A stretch of 64,000 nt of DNA from a virus (Duplodnaviria; Heunggongvirae; Uroviricota; Caudoviricetes). The notes beneath the pieces are model-generated. The model saw nothing but the letters and a program-made list of their open reading frames with translations, searched no databases and had not been told where the DNA came from. The first letter of the stretch is position 1, and every line of letters starts with the position of its first letter. Below, one piece after another: positions 20,017-30,357 of the stretch. The stretch covers positions 141,741-205,740 of IMG/VR virus record IMGVR_UViG_3300017565_000001, one strand, 5' to 3'. Both the position numbers and the translations under genes were made by a program.

Positions 20017-23000
20017 ATGGCAGAAATTGGACAAATCGTATTCACTACTGCGGGAACTACTAGTTGGGTGGTCCCCGCAGGCGTCACCTCAATTTGTGGT
20101 GTGGCCGTCGGGCCGGCATCCAGAAACACGTCGAGTGGTGGTGGCGGTTTGTCTTGGAGAAACAATATCCCCGTCACGCCCGGTGAAACTCTTACGATTC
20201 AAATTGGCGTAAACCAAGCAAGTTCGGTCGCCAGTACCCATACTGCGCTATATCGTGGTTCAACAATCCTGATGATTGCCGAAGGCGCCAATGGCATCAA
20301 CGGTGGACGTGGTGGTAAGAACGCCAACATCATCAACGGTGGTGGTGGCAACGGCGGTAATTCCAATTCGACTGTTTATGCGGGCGGTGGTGGTGCGGGC
20401 GGCTATACTGGTGATGGTGGTAGTTCACCCCCGTACACTTCGTCCTATATCGGTGGTAATGGATCAGGTGGCGGTGGTGGAGCAGGTGGTAGTTACTATG
20501 CAGCGGGCGGTGGTGGCGTGGGCCTTATGGGCCAAGGAGCCAACGGTGTCGGTGGTAATGGTAGTGCATTCAACCAAATAAACTATGGGACTGGTGGTTC
20601 TGGTGGTGCCAACGGCGGTGCCTACATCAATGACGCCACCCCAGAACTTGGTGGCAATTATGGTGGTGGTAGTTCGTACGGTACCACCCTACCCGCAGTA
20701 GGATCACAAGTAGGCGCAATGCGTCTGATTTGGGGCCCTAACAGAGCCTTCCCATCAACCGGAACGGCTGATCAAGACCCAGAAGCTCCAATCAACTTGG
20801 GGCGTAGTGAATTCACTACAGGGACCAACACACTCGTAGTTCCTGCAGGTGCCAATTCGGCTTACCTGGTTATGGTTGGTTCTGGTGACTACGGTGGCGG
20901 TGGTTTGACTCATGGTCATGCGGTAGTAACACCAGGGGAAACACTCACCTTCATAGTTGACAGTAAGGGAACTGGTGTTTACGGTAACCGAGAAGGCAAT
21001 CCTTTGGCTTTGATAGGATTCGCCCATGCTGCCGTGGGCTCTGCCGGCGGTGTGGCATGGCGAGGTGGCCCATATTTCAAAATGATCGCTACTAATGCCG
21101 GTGGCCCAGCAGTTGGCCTCGCTGGTGGTGGTGCTGCTGGATATAGTGCTGCTGGTAATAGTGGACAAGGCGGTGCCGGCCAACGAGGAACAACTGGCTC
21201 GGGATCCAATGTATGTGGTTCCTATTCTTATGGTGGCGGTGGGGGCGGTGTCGGCCTCAATGGTGAAGGAGCATCAGGCGTAGCGCTTGGTGCTGGTGGT
21301 AGTGGTGGCACAAATGGTGGTAACGGGACTATTACTTCAAACGGCACATGTACGTATCAGACGAATCCCGGTAGTGGTGTGTTTTACACCGGAACCAGGT
21401 ATACGGGCGTGGGTGGACCGGGTGGTACTTATGGTGGTGGACGCGGCGCAAGCTCGGCAGCTTCAAATGCAGGCGCGGGCGGTGTGGCCATTACCTTCTT
21501 TAATACCATCTTGTATGGTAACAATAATGATTCGGTTATGTCAGCGCTCGATGCTCGAGACCAAGAAGCAAACCTGTCCACTGAATATAATTCACTTACC
21601 GCATCGCTAAATGCTTACACGGGCCCAACATCATCCAACGATGATGTTCTCGTTACGGCTCTGCCTTACGAATCAGCCACGTCAACGAATAACGAAACCC
21701 AAGTAACGGCGTTGACCCACTTGGGAGCAACCTCAAGCAATAACGATGCGCAAGTTGAAGTATTGGCGCATGGCGAACTCCAAATCTATTCGGGCGAAGC
21801 TACAACCCAAGTTCTGGGCCATGGTGATTTGCCTGACATGACGACCAATATCAATAGGACCCGCACTAGTTCGTTGGTTCTAGGCGATTTGCAGATCTTC
21901 TCTCAGAAAGCAACCGTTACCGCTCTGTCAAGCGGTGATACTGCGGCCGACAGTAGTTCGAATCAAGCAGTGACAACCGCTTTGGTTCGTGGTGACCTTC
22001 AAGTTTATTCGAATAGAGCCAGAGTGTCAGTGCTTGCTGACAACGAAATCAACACAGTGATGTTTCAAGTTGATGAACGACAACCAGGTTTGGTGTCAAC
22101 TTCGTCAACTTGGATGGTTACTAGTGATTTCGTGGGCAAGTATCGCTTGGATGATTCGTATGCTTGTGACGTCATAGTGAATGGCGTCCTGCAGACAAAG
22201 GCCCCTGGTAAGATTCTTGATTTGAATCTGGGTGATGCCATTCAGTTTCAAGCCACAGCCGATTCCTCTTATGGTGCTACGACTAATTTCACCATCACCG
22301 GTGACAATGTCCTGTATGTGAGCTGGATAAACAAGGCGTCCAACAGAATGGACTACTTGAATTTTGGTTTCTACGAAAACGTACTACCGTTCACATTTAC
22401 TACCGACCCACAAACGGTATCTGGGCTTGACACGTTCATCGACTACGAAGAAAATCCATATATGATTTTCAGTCGTAATGCTCGACTGCAATTCTTCGTG
22501 AACGATTCAGAGATTCCAGTGACAGAAGCGGCAGTCGTGAACGGTGATGTGATCCGCCTGTATTGGCGCGGTCCCATGCCAATCACCTTCCCAGAAATCG
22601 TTACCTACTATCTGGAGTCCACGTACCAGGATGCATTCTATCCTGTAGCTGAAATCAGTTCTAGGGCATTTGAATTGGGTGATCCGTTCCTGCGCCCAGA
22701 TATCACATTTGATTTTGATGCAACACCAGAACACCGTGTCACTGAATTGGTTGGCCTCAAGCTCGACCCACTCACGCCACAATTGACTGGTGTGAACATT
22801 CATACGATTCAACTAAGTCCAGTAGTGATGAACACACTCTCATTCTGGACTCAATTGAATCCCATTCTGCAAAAGGTCACAACACAATGGACGCAAACCA
22901 CTCCACTGTTGCAGAAGGTCACTACGCAGCAAACGCAAATGACTCCGATCCTTGGTGGTGTGACTACGCAATGGACTGATGTCAACACACCAAAGGTCAT

Positions 23001-24417
23001 TGGACAAAACGTGCAAGTAACGGATACCGCCTTTGCGTGGACGAAAACTACGATTGCTGCGGTTCAGAATCCAGACTTTGCTATTCGCCCGCATGAAAAG
23101 TTGAAGCATGGTAGTTTCACCATGGCATCGGTACGAACTGGTAAGTTGACTACCGCAACAGTAGACATTTTGGTGGCAGCGCTAAAGACGAGTTCTGGAA
23201 CTCTAGTAGACAACTTGTTCGTCAAGAACAATACCGATGGCTGGGCCACATATGCTCTTGAATCGGTTAGAAGTGGTAAGAACATCACTTATGCAAAGAA
23301 TGCAAGCTGGGACTTGAGTGTTGACAATCCCGCATTGTTCTTGAAGCATTGGGAAAGCGCGTTGATTCGTACGAATGAATCAAAGAACATAGCTGACAAG
23401 TTTTCTGCTGAGCGAGTACAATCGACCAAGCTTGCAATCGATCATGTCTATCAAAATTCATACCCACAAAAAAACTGGTTGAGTTTGGATGCGCAGTATT
23501 CACGATTGACATACAGCGTTTGGTTCACCTCATACCCCGAGGTTCCGTATCTGGCTAGTCGAGCACAAGAAGTCAAACGTGTTCCTGTTGACTTGAACTT
23601 CTACGCCCAGGTGTTCAATGAACCTCAGCCCATCGATCACGTGTATCAACTGTATCAAGTTGATGGCAAACTGCATATCAACGACGTTTGGCAATGGTAT
23701 AGAACCAACGAAGCTATTGCTGTGGATCACAAATATGATACGTATCAGACCGCTAGCGATTACCACGTCCATGCAACATACACCAAGCATCTCGACAGCC
23801 AATCGTACTACTTCCAGGTTGAATACGCTCATACTCTTCAGGTCACTAGCCGTGGTGTGACAAGTACGTTCTTTGAATGGACTAAGGCTGTTCGTATTCC
23901 TGTTGGTATTGGATTCGAGCATGTGGTTTATCAATCCAACTACACATTTGGCGTTGACTATGTGACTGGTCCTCGTGACGCAAAAACGTACTTTATTGAT
24001 TACGATTTCATCACTCGCCCCCACGTCACTGCTACTGTTGACAATGAATGGAACAAGGCTACTGAACCATCGTATGCTCTGACTTCAGTCACTCCCACAT
24101 TGGCTGATTCCAAAATCATCACAGTCAACAAGACGACTGGATTGGTACGCCACAACATTCAAGTGGTTGATAAGCCAACATTCACGCTTGTTCGTGACCC
24201 GTTGACACAGGTTGAACTTCTGGATGGACAGGCCGGATATCATACCCAACAAGAGGCTATCGAATACGCGGAATCACTGGGCTTTACCGTTGAGCAAATC
24301 CGTTTGTTCCAATACAACGGCAAATATGGATTCACCACTGATCCTGAAGCCTTTGCCGCAGTATGTCGTATTGAGCCACCTGAAGATGGTATTTCAAAGG
24401 TTATTTTCTGGAGATAA
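20017..24417 (+). CDS. large glycine-rich tail/fibre protein
   Basis: 1466 aa; two FTT.GT..WVVP.G glycine-rich domains, ~17-aa internal repeats. Confidence 0.75.
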   Translation: MAEIGQIVFTTAGTTSWVVPAGVTSICGVAVGPASRNTSSGGGGLSWRNNIPVTPGETLTIQIGVNQASSVASTHTALYRGSTILMIAEGANGINGGRGGKNANIINGGGGNGGNSNSTVYAGGGGAGGYTGDGGSSPPYTSSYIGGNGSGGGGGAGGSYYAAGGGGVGLMGQGANGVGGNGSAFNQINYGTGGSGGANGGAYINDATPELGGNYGGGSSYGTTLPAVGSQVGAMRLIWGPNRAFPSTGTADQDPEAPINLGRSEFTTGTNTLVVPAGANSAYLVMVGSGDYGGGGLTHGHAVVTPGETLTFIVDSKGTGVYGNREGNPLALIGFAHAAVGSAGGVAWRGGPYFKMIATNAGGPAVGLAGGGAAGYSAAGNSGQGGAGQRGTTGSGSNVCGSYSYGGGGGGVGLNGEGASGVALGAGGSGGTNGGNGTITSNGTCTYQTNPGSGVFYTGTRYTGVGGPGGTYGGGRGASSAASNAGAGGVAITFFNTILYGNNNDSVMSALDARDQEANLSTEYNSLTASLNAYTGPTSSNDDVLVTALPYESATSTNNETQVTALTHLGATSSNNDAQVEVLAHGELQIYSGEATTQVLGHGDLPDMTTNINRTRTSSLVLGDLQIFSQKATVTALSSGDTAADSSSNQAVTTALVRGDLQVYSNRARVSVLADNEINTVMFQVDERQPGLVSTSSTWMVTSDFVGKYRLDDSYACDVIVNGVLQTKAPGKILDLNLGDAIQFQATADSSYGATTNFTITGDNVLYVSWINKASNRMDYLNFGFYENVLPFTFTTDPQTVSGLDTFIDYEENPYMIFSRNARLQFFVNDSEIPVTEAAVVNGDVIRLYWRGPMPITFPEIVTYYLESTYQDAFYPVAEISSRAFELGDPFLRPDITFDFDATPEHRVTELVGLKLDPLTPQLTGVNIHTIQLSPVVMNTLSFWTQLNPILQKVTTQWTQTTPLLQKVTTQQTQMTPILGGVTTQWTDVNTPKVIGQNVQVTDTAFAWTKTTIAAVQNPDFAIRPHEKLKHGSFTMASVRTGKLTTATVDILVAALKTSSGTLVDNLFVKNNTDGWATYALESVRSGKNITYAKNASWDLSVDNPALFLKHWESALIRTNESKNIADKFSAERVQSTKLAIDHVYQNSYPQKNWLSLDAQYSRLTYSVWFTSYPEVPYLASRAQEVKRVPVDLNFYAQVFNEPQPIDHVYQLYQVDGKLHINDVWQWYRTNEAIAVDHKYDTYQTASDYHVHATYTKHLDSQSYYFQVEYAHTLQVTSRGVTSTFFEWTKAVRIPVGIGFEHVVYQSNYTFGVDYVTGPRDAKTYFIDYDFITRPHVTATVDNEWNKATEPSYALTSVTPTLADSKIITVNKTTGLVRHNIQVVDKPTFTLVRDPLTQVELLDGQAGYHTQQEAIEYAESLGFTVEQIRLFQYNGKYGFTTDPEAFAAVCRIEPPEDGISKVIFWR

Positions 24418-24420
24418 TGA

Positions 24421-25047
24421 ATGACAGTAAGCCAATCATCGAACTTCTTTCGATACGTGAAACCGGTTCTACCCAACATTCGTATCTACATTGAATTGCC
24501 GGAGAAGCTGTTCAGGGTTGAATACACGGATGTTGACTTTGATACCAACATCGCTGTTCCAGCTAATGGGAATTTTGACGTCATTGATGACGCAAAGGTT
24601 GTCATGGCGAATCCCATATTGTATACGGGATCAAGGGACTACGACGTTGTGGATATGAATGTGCGAATGAAGCGTCCTGGAATGTATACCCTTAGAACGT
24701 TTCACGACGTCATGCTATTCAGCACGGGTATCATTGATATCAAGCGGTATGCTGCTCCTCAAACAAGGGCTCAACTTGGACTTGGCGTACCCTTCTTTCC
24801 AGAAATTGTCACATTCCCATATCGCGGATACGCGAGAGTAGCAAATGACAAGATTAATTTCTCGTATATCCCCAAATTCTTGGGTGAGGATTCGTTCAGT
24901 TATCGAATGGTGAATTACTATGGTCAGTACACGGAACCAGCTTGTGTCAACATCACCATATATGACCCCGAGAATCCACCACCTGAATTAAGCACCGGGT
25001 CTGAAGGTCCCGTACCAGGTAACTCCACCGTCCCTGGTAATGAATGA
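24421..25047 (+). CDS. virion-associated protein with Ig-like/cadherin-like C-terminus
   Basis: FSYIP..FLGEDSFSY motif. Confidence 0.55.
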   Translation: MTVSQSSNFFRYVKPVLPNIRIYIELPEKLFRVEYTDVDFDTNIAVPANGNFDVIDDAKVVMANPILYTGSRDYDVVDMNVRMKRPGMYTLRTFHDVMLFSTGIIDIKRYAAPQTRAQLGLGVPFFPEIVTFPYRGYARVANDKINFSYIPKFLGEDSFSYRMVNYYGQYTEPACVNITIYDPENPPPELSTGSEGPVPGNSTVPGNE

Positions 25048-25719
25048 AATAAGATCAGTAGAAGCTGCTGACAACGTTGGCCCAATGCTCTTGGGCCATT
25101 TTATTGATGCTGGCCAGAATACGTTCTGAGACCCACCATTTCTGATCTCCAGAATAAAACCCGTTGCTCGTCCTGCAGGACGTCCGCCAAAGGTGAATGT
25201 TGTTGATCCAGCAATAGTCACGGTGAAGTAGGAAGCAATGTTTGTGTTGATCGTTACAGCACCAGACACCGAACCCAAGGCCACAACGGTCTCGGATGAA
25301 GTACCAATACCCAGATCACCACCAACGTTTACAGTACCATCCAATTCAGTCGCACCATCAACGGTCAGATTGGTCGTTACTGATAGTTCGTTGAACGTTT
25401 GCGCTCCTTCAATTACCAAATCCCCTTGAACAGTCAGATCACCGGTGATGGTACCGCCAGCCAGTGGTAGATATTCAGTGTCGTCTTGGCCTGGAGGAAC
25501 AACCCAGACCAGATGGCCGAAGTTGTCAATAGACAGAACTTTGCCGGCTGTCGCTCCTGCGGTGGGCCACACTTTACCATTGAGTTCGATCTCGGTAGTT
25601 GATAGTCTTAGTGGTGAAGCAGTATTGGTTCCATCCATAACAGGCTTCAGATTGCCAGTCAAGGGCCCATCCTGAATCTTCAACACGTCTTTGATTTCTA
25701 CTGGATATACGATTGCCAT
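24988..25719 (-). CDS. tail fibre-associated protein
   Basis: YLPLAGGTITGDL repeat; WP..IKWP....PTLS...DLISF.T.DGG.TWYG C-terminal fibre module. Confidence 0.75.
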   Translation of the reverse strand: MAIVYPVEIKDVLKIQDGPLTGNLKPVMDGTNTASPLRLSTTEIELNGKVWPTAGATAGKVLSIDNFGHLVWVVPPGQDDTEYLPLAGGTITGDLTVQGDLVIEGAQTFNELSVTTNLTVDGATELDGTVNVGGDLGIGTSSETVVALGSVSGAVTINTNIASYFTVTIAGSTTFTFGGRPAGRATGFILEIRNGGSQNVFWPASIKWPKSIGPTLSAASTDLISFITRDGGVTWYGTFRPGA

Positions 25720-25769
25720 CCTGAATACCTTGCCATATGGTTTACTGGCATATTTATGTCATAAAGTTT

Positions 25770-26480
25770 GTTGACGTTGCCAGATCACAGGTGTAGACTT
25801 GTTTGTGTTGGATGTGCAGCAACAAACGCACTGAAAACAAAGAGTTTGCTTGGAAACGTTGATGGATATCACTTCGTAACGGGAAGTGAAAGGGTGAAGG
25901 GCTTTGCTTGCCAATTTGCCGCCTTACACAAAGATGTGAGGACCACCAAGCAAGACCCACGCACTGAGTGCCACCGTTAGGCAGAACCAAAGTTGATCGA
26001 CGTGGATCAATGTAGGCTGGTGTAAAGGGTTGGTAATGGAATGTGGAGTAAATCCGCTACCTTACAGCTTAGGGGATGAAAGTGGAGTGTAGTCCTCGAA
26101 GCCTGGTATGTTATGCATACCTATTGCGTGTGAATGTATTCCCGTTAATGACGGGAGCATGGAATGGTATCACACGGCAAGCAAACTTCTACTCAGGTAG
26201 TCGTACAAATCCATTTAAGGTGTTGTAGTGAAACGGCTTCGTTCTTATGGACGACCCACAAGTCGGGAGGTGTGGAAGAGTAGAATATAGTCCAACTGTA
26301 TTTTACTGAAGCTGCAACATGGCACTGGATACGCCACCAGTATAAAAAGGCAGCCGTGGTTGACTACATGGACGATTGGTGTACTCCAATCCTGTGTGGA
26401 TAAGTTGGTAAGGTCCTGGTGAGGAACAGAACCGTACGTCAACGAAAGGTCAACTGGTCTTGGGTGTAATCTCAGCCCTA
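25770..26480 (+). ncRNA. giant structured ncRNA, GOLLD-like
   Basis: ~700-nt purine-rich gap with many hairpins; GTGGATAAG (26396) and terminal GTGTAATCTCAGCC (26464) resemble the GOLLD 3' domain as I recall it; tRNA nearby. Confidence 0.6.
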
Positions 26481-26567
26481 GTTATTTTGAGCGAACAATG
26501 GTGTTCGCTCATTCCATTACCGCGGCGCGGTGTAAATACGATCTCTTTCCCAAGGATCTTATCAATC

Positions 26568-27158
26568 ATGAGTTATTCGACCCAGCAACTCGATTCACAT
26601 CAACTTCAGGAATACGCAGATCACCTCCTAAAGCTAGACGCTACGGACAGGTATCTGCGTTTCGGCCATCAGGCTACTGATGAACAGATTCAACATTATG
26701 TGGATTCACAATTCAGAAGCCGCCAAATGGTTATCGGAGCTTTCAACGAAAACCAAGAGCTAGTCGCCGCAGTTGAGTTGGTTTTCGAGACCTCAAAGTT
26801 CACTCGAACCAACAAGACTGTAGAGATTGGTCTGAGTGTTCTTCCCGAGCATCGTCGCCAAGGTATTGGCTCTGAATTGTTTAAACAAGCCGCCGCAATT
26901 GCACAAGGTCAAGGAGCTTCAACAATCTTCTGCCATTGCTTGTCTGAAAATGATTGCGTGAAACGAATGGCCGAGCGATCGGGCCTGAATATCAATGTGG
27001 CCCCCACCGATCAATCATCTGGCTTCCACTATCCTGATTTGATTGGTCGAGCAATGGCTATGTGGGACTACACCCAGGCTACCGCGTCGTCTATCTTCAA
27101 TTACGGATCAATGACGACTTTCCCAATCAAGGATCGCAAACAAGCCAAAGGTCAGTAA
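26568..27158 (+). CDS. GNAT family N-acetyltransferase
   Basis: EIGLSVLPEHRRQGIGSELF (motif A), CLSEN. Confidence 0.9.
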   Translation: MSYSTQQLDSHQLQEYADHLLKLDATDRYLRFGHQATDEQIQHYVDSQFRSRQMVIGAFNENQELVAAVELVFETSKFTRTNKTVEIGLSVLPEHRRQGIGSELFKQAAAIAQGQGASTIFCHCLSENDCVKRMAERSGLNINVAPTDQSSGFHYPDLIGRAMAMWDYTQATASSIFNYGSMTTFPIKDRKQAKGQ

Positions 27159-27481
27159 TGTATCAGGAAGAACCAGGTAGTTCTTTCACCCATGACGGGC
27201 GCGAATATGATCTCAACTATCTGTTAAGATGTTCGACCTTGTTCCCAGTCGTTGATGTATTGGTCGATGATCTTACTTGGGTTCTTGAATATGATTCTCC
27301 AAATATTCGCCGTCTCATGGCTGCCGATTTAGACGCTCCCATTCTGGTTACGTGGTGGAATGACAAGTTGGTAGTCTTGGATGGACTGCATAGAATGGCT
27401 AAGGCTATGGTGTTTGGTTGCAAAAACAATCCCAGGTCGATACATTCCCGCATATGTTCTAAGTATGGCATTGATTGCTAA
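27158..27481 (+). CDS. ParB/Srx-like domain protein (possible frameshifted C-terminus)
   Basis: PILV ... VVLDGLHR.AKA motif. Confidence 0.55.
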   Translation: MYQEEPGSSFTHDGREYDLNYLLRCSTLFPVVDVLVDDLTWVLEYDSPNIRRLMAADLDAPILVTWWNDKLVVLDGLHRMAKAMVFGCKNNPRSIHSRICSKYGIDC

Positions 27482-27551
27482 ATAGTATTGACAATTTTAG
27501 CCACAGTGCTAGAATAGATTTCTGATGTAGAAATACGTCACAGCAAGAAAG

Positions 27552-27627
27552 GCCCTAGTAGCTCAGGGGTAGAGCAGCCGCCTTGTAAGCGGCAGGTCGA
27601 CAGTTCAAATCTCGTCCTGGGGCACCA
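27552..27627 (+). tRNA. tRNA-Thr(TGT)
   Basis: cloverleaf, GCCGC-CTTGTAA-GCGGC anticodon arm, encoded CCA. Confidence 0.95.
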
Positions 27628-27668
27628 CTCTTAAGAAGAGCAGACTTTTACGTCTGCTCTTCGTTCAT

Positions 27669-28322
27669 TCAAAAACTTTTCCCTTCTGCACGACGCACTC
27701 GGCGATAATGGCGACCATTGCCTTTATTCTTGGCTTTATATGTAGGAGTCAATGAGTGACAGTTGGGGCAAAGAAGGATACAGTTCCCCAAAGTATTGTT
27801 GTCTGAGTTTCCATCTTGGTGTTCAAGTTCAACATTGATTTGAACCTTAGTAAAATCCCAAGCACAAGTGGGACTCATACAAACATTTCCATGTTTTCTC
27901 AGTAGATACTTCTTCATCTGCCCAGAATTGGAGGCATTGCCGGCTTCGACCAACTTGTCCTTCTCTTTGTATTCGGCCTCAATTTGGCAATTCCGATCGC
28001 AATATTTACCAGGGGATTTTCGCTCAGGATTGATATTTCCACAGTTTTGGCACTGAAATGTTTTGGCCCTGAGTCTGTTGTTGAACGATGCTGAACAAGT
28101 GTGCCCGCAAAATTTATTGTCACGTTTCTCATACTCCAGAGGAATATGACATTGTATACATTTTGCGGGATCAAAGCCATAAGCTTCTATTATGGCTTTC
28201 TTTTTGAGTCTAGCTACTTCTGCTGATTTGATCGCCCCCAGTTTTCCCGCTTCTGATTTTGATAGTTTTGGTACTGCCATGGTTATCCTTATTCTTATAC
28301 CATCTTTATAAGGAATTACCAC
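27669..28322 (-). CDS. HNH endonuclease (free-standing homing type)
   Basis: repeated CxxC/FC..C fingers; ELEHQDGN..NN...N..LLCPNCH. Confidence 0.9.
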   Translation of the reverse strand: MVIPYKDGIRIRITMAVPKLSKSEAGKLGAIKSAEVARLKKKAIIEAYGFDPAKCIQCHIPLEYEKRDNKFCGHTCSASFNNRLRAKTFQCQNCGNINPERKSPGKYCDRNCQIEAEYKEKDKLVEAGNASNSGQMKKYLLRKHGNVCMSPTCAWDFTKVQINVELEHQDGNSDNNTLGNCILLCPNCHSLTPTYKAKNKGNGRHYRRVRRAEGKSF

Positions 28323-28402
28323 AATTAGTCAAATATGGCTTGACTGTTCAACCACCTTTCAGTATCATTTGGTACATGGTAGAACACATCAAGGAGAACT
28401 GA

Positions 28403-28633
28403 ATGGTACACCTCCCCGCATACGTTGCCCAAAGCAATTTCCTGGATGAAAAGGCTTTCGTGGTTTTCTGCGAAACACAGGGTGAAAAGCATGGCGCGTT
28501 CAAGGACGCATGTGGCACGATGCTTATCAGTACCATGCATTGCGACAAAGTTATCGCAGCCGCCAAGGCCGCTGGTGTGCGTCGCCTGACCCACGAAGAA
28601 ATCATCGCCAAGCACCGTCAAGGAGCCAACTGA
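28403..28633 (+). CDS. hypothetical protein
   Basis: AAGGAG RBS. Confidence 0.65.
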   Translation: MVHLPAYVAQSNFLDEKAFVVFCETQGEKHGAFKDACGTMLISTMHCDKVIAAAKAAGVRRLTHEEIIAKHRQGAN

Positions 28634-28938
28634 TGGTCAACCCCAAGGATTACGTCAATTACGCGCATGTCGACTCGCCCAAAGGTTCACGCTTTGTGGC
28701 TATGGCTGTGACGCCCATCCCGGAATGGGCGGTTGATGTTCAAGAAGGTCATCCCGGAATCAATCCCTTGGGTTTGTTCGATCATCCGTCGGATCAATAT
28801 CTGGATTTCAAAGCTAACCCCATGGATCAATCACAATCACCCGAAGAGCTCCGCAAAATGCTGCGCTTTCGTGAATTGTGGGAACGATTGGGTTCGGACG
28901 AAGCAGCATTGGAATTCATCAACATGCTGAAGAAGTAA
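28633..28938 (+). CDS. hypothetical protein
   Basis: overlapping TGATG start, AAGGAG RBS. Confidence 0.65.
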   Translation: MVNPKDYVNYAHVDSPKGSRFVAMAVTPIPEWAVDVQEGHPGINPLGLFDHPSDQYLDFKANPMDQSQSPEELRKMLRFRELWERLGSDEAALEFINMLKK

Positions 28939-29064
28939 AACAACCGAATATGATGAAGGGGCAAATTTGCCCCTTCGTTCATTCCGTCTTACAAATCAGT
29001 TATATGAAATCATCACCTTTTGATTGCCAATCCGTTAGAATGGCATATATTCAAAAGGAATCCC

Positions 29065-29421
29065 ATGTCAGTAAACGAACGTTCATACCTTATTATCGGT
29101 ACCACAATTGAGAGTGACGTCATGCGAGAATTGTTCGGTGATGATCGTGAACAACTGGATGATATTCGTGTCGGCTATCACGATACTATCGATTTCAAGG
29201 ATGTTGGAATCAAGTACATCGCAGGCGGAATGGGTGATGTGGAATATCTGGGTAGGATTCTTGCTGTTCATACGAGTGAGGAACCAGGTTTCGATATGAT
29301 CGACCTGAGCCAATTACTATCTGATACTCGGGGTGAATTTAGTCGTGTGAGGCAAGAGCTTGACACTGCCTATGGTATTCAATGCTTACCCCGTCTCCTG
29401 TTGTTTACGGTGTACAGCTAA
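29065..29421 (+). CDS. hypothetical protein
   Basis: AAGGA RBS. Confidence 0.65.
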   Translation: MSVNERSYLIIGTTIESDVMRELFGDDREQLDDIRVGYHDTIDFKDVGIKYIAGGMGDVEYLGRILAVHTSEEPGFDMIDLSQLLSDTRGEFSRVRQELDTAYGIQCLPRLLLFTVYS

Positions 29422-29801
29422 TGGCTAGTCGTTGGGAACGCTTCCTACGGCTTCTAGGTAAGCCAGTCGTTTATGACAACAACCGAACCTTCGCCAATTC
29501 CAGACAAGAGTTGGTTTCGTTCGTGTACGGCAACCAGCAGAATCCAACTGGCAAATACCTGGGCAAACACTGGCATGTGGGGTGCGGGATGATCACCCAT
29601 TATCTGAACACCGAAACTATTGGATTCTACAAAACTCGGGAAAATTCATTTACTGGTGATCATGCTACGTTGTGGTTCAGTAGTTGGCCAACCCCCGAAA
29701 GTACCTGGTACCCTGATACCGGCTTGATGGAATTGATGTTGGGAGGATTGAAAAATGATAGAAGAATTAAAGAGCTTCTTCTTCAAGACAGCAAAGGCTG
29801 A
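29421..29801 (+). CDS. hypothetical protein
   Basis: TAATG overlap. Confidence 0.55.
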   Translation: MASRWERFLRLLGKPVVYDNNRTFANSRQELVSFVYGNQQNPTGKYLGKHWHVGCGMITHYLNTETIGFYKTRENSFTGDHATLWFSSWPTPESTWYPDTGLMELMLGGLKNDRRIKELLLQDSKG

Positions 29802-30075
29802 AGCTCGCATACAATCTGAACTCATCGAAGCGATTAGAGTCAGAATGCAAGCCATCCCCGACCTGAATGTGCCAGGCCTTAAGGCCTGGCAGGTTGGACG
29901 TGTGTATGTTGTCGCCACTTCTGAACATAACCTACTGACAATCGCAGTCATGCAACGAGGTCCAGACAGGGAGCCGGAAACTCTTATGTCATGGATGGAA
30001 GTCGACGGTGAAATAACCAGAATGGAACGGAAGGGATTCACAGTTGATGATCTCGTCATGCACGCTTTGTCATAA
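29755..30075 (+). CDS. hypothetical protein
   Basis: GGAGG RBS. Confidence 0.6.
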   Translation: MIEELKSFFFKTAKAEARIQSELIEAIRVRMQAIPDLNVPGLKAWQVGRVYVVATSEHNLLTIAVMQRGPDREPETLMSWMEVDGEITRMERKGFTVDDLVMHALS

Positions 30076-30246
30076 AGTTGTTGACATGTGGCATTCCGTT
30101 TGCTAAAGTATGATCTGTGGTGCAGATTGCTAAATAGATTTGTCGCAACACTGCACAAAATTTTCACAAATAGTTATTGCAAACCCGAAAAGGTTCATGT
30201 ACTATTTGTTCTGTTGATTATTAAATTTCTCGAAAAGGAAACTTTC

Positions 30247-30357
30247 ATGAACGCTTATTCATATTTCTCGTACTGCTCGGAGACCGAAGGGTCGTCGCGC
30301 GGCTACGGCTATGAATGCGGATATGAGGGTACGTTCGGGGGTTGGCGAATGCGATAA
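30247..30357 (+). CDS. attenuator leader peptide 1 (36 aa, Tyr/Ser/Glu/Gly/Cys-rich)
   Basis: AAGGA RBS; MNAYSYFSYCSETEGSSRGYGYECGYEGTFGGWRMR directly before terminator and tRNA array. Confidence 0.8.
   Translation: MNAYSYFSYCSETEGSSRGYGYECGYEGTFGGWRMR

Noticed and set aside
30088-30246. Upstream extension of the leader ORF given by the ORF track (89 aa)
   Set aside because: It runs through the AT-rich promoter region; the AAGGA RBS points to ATG 30247.
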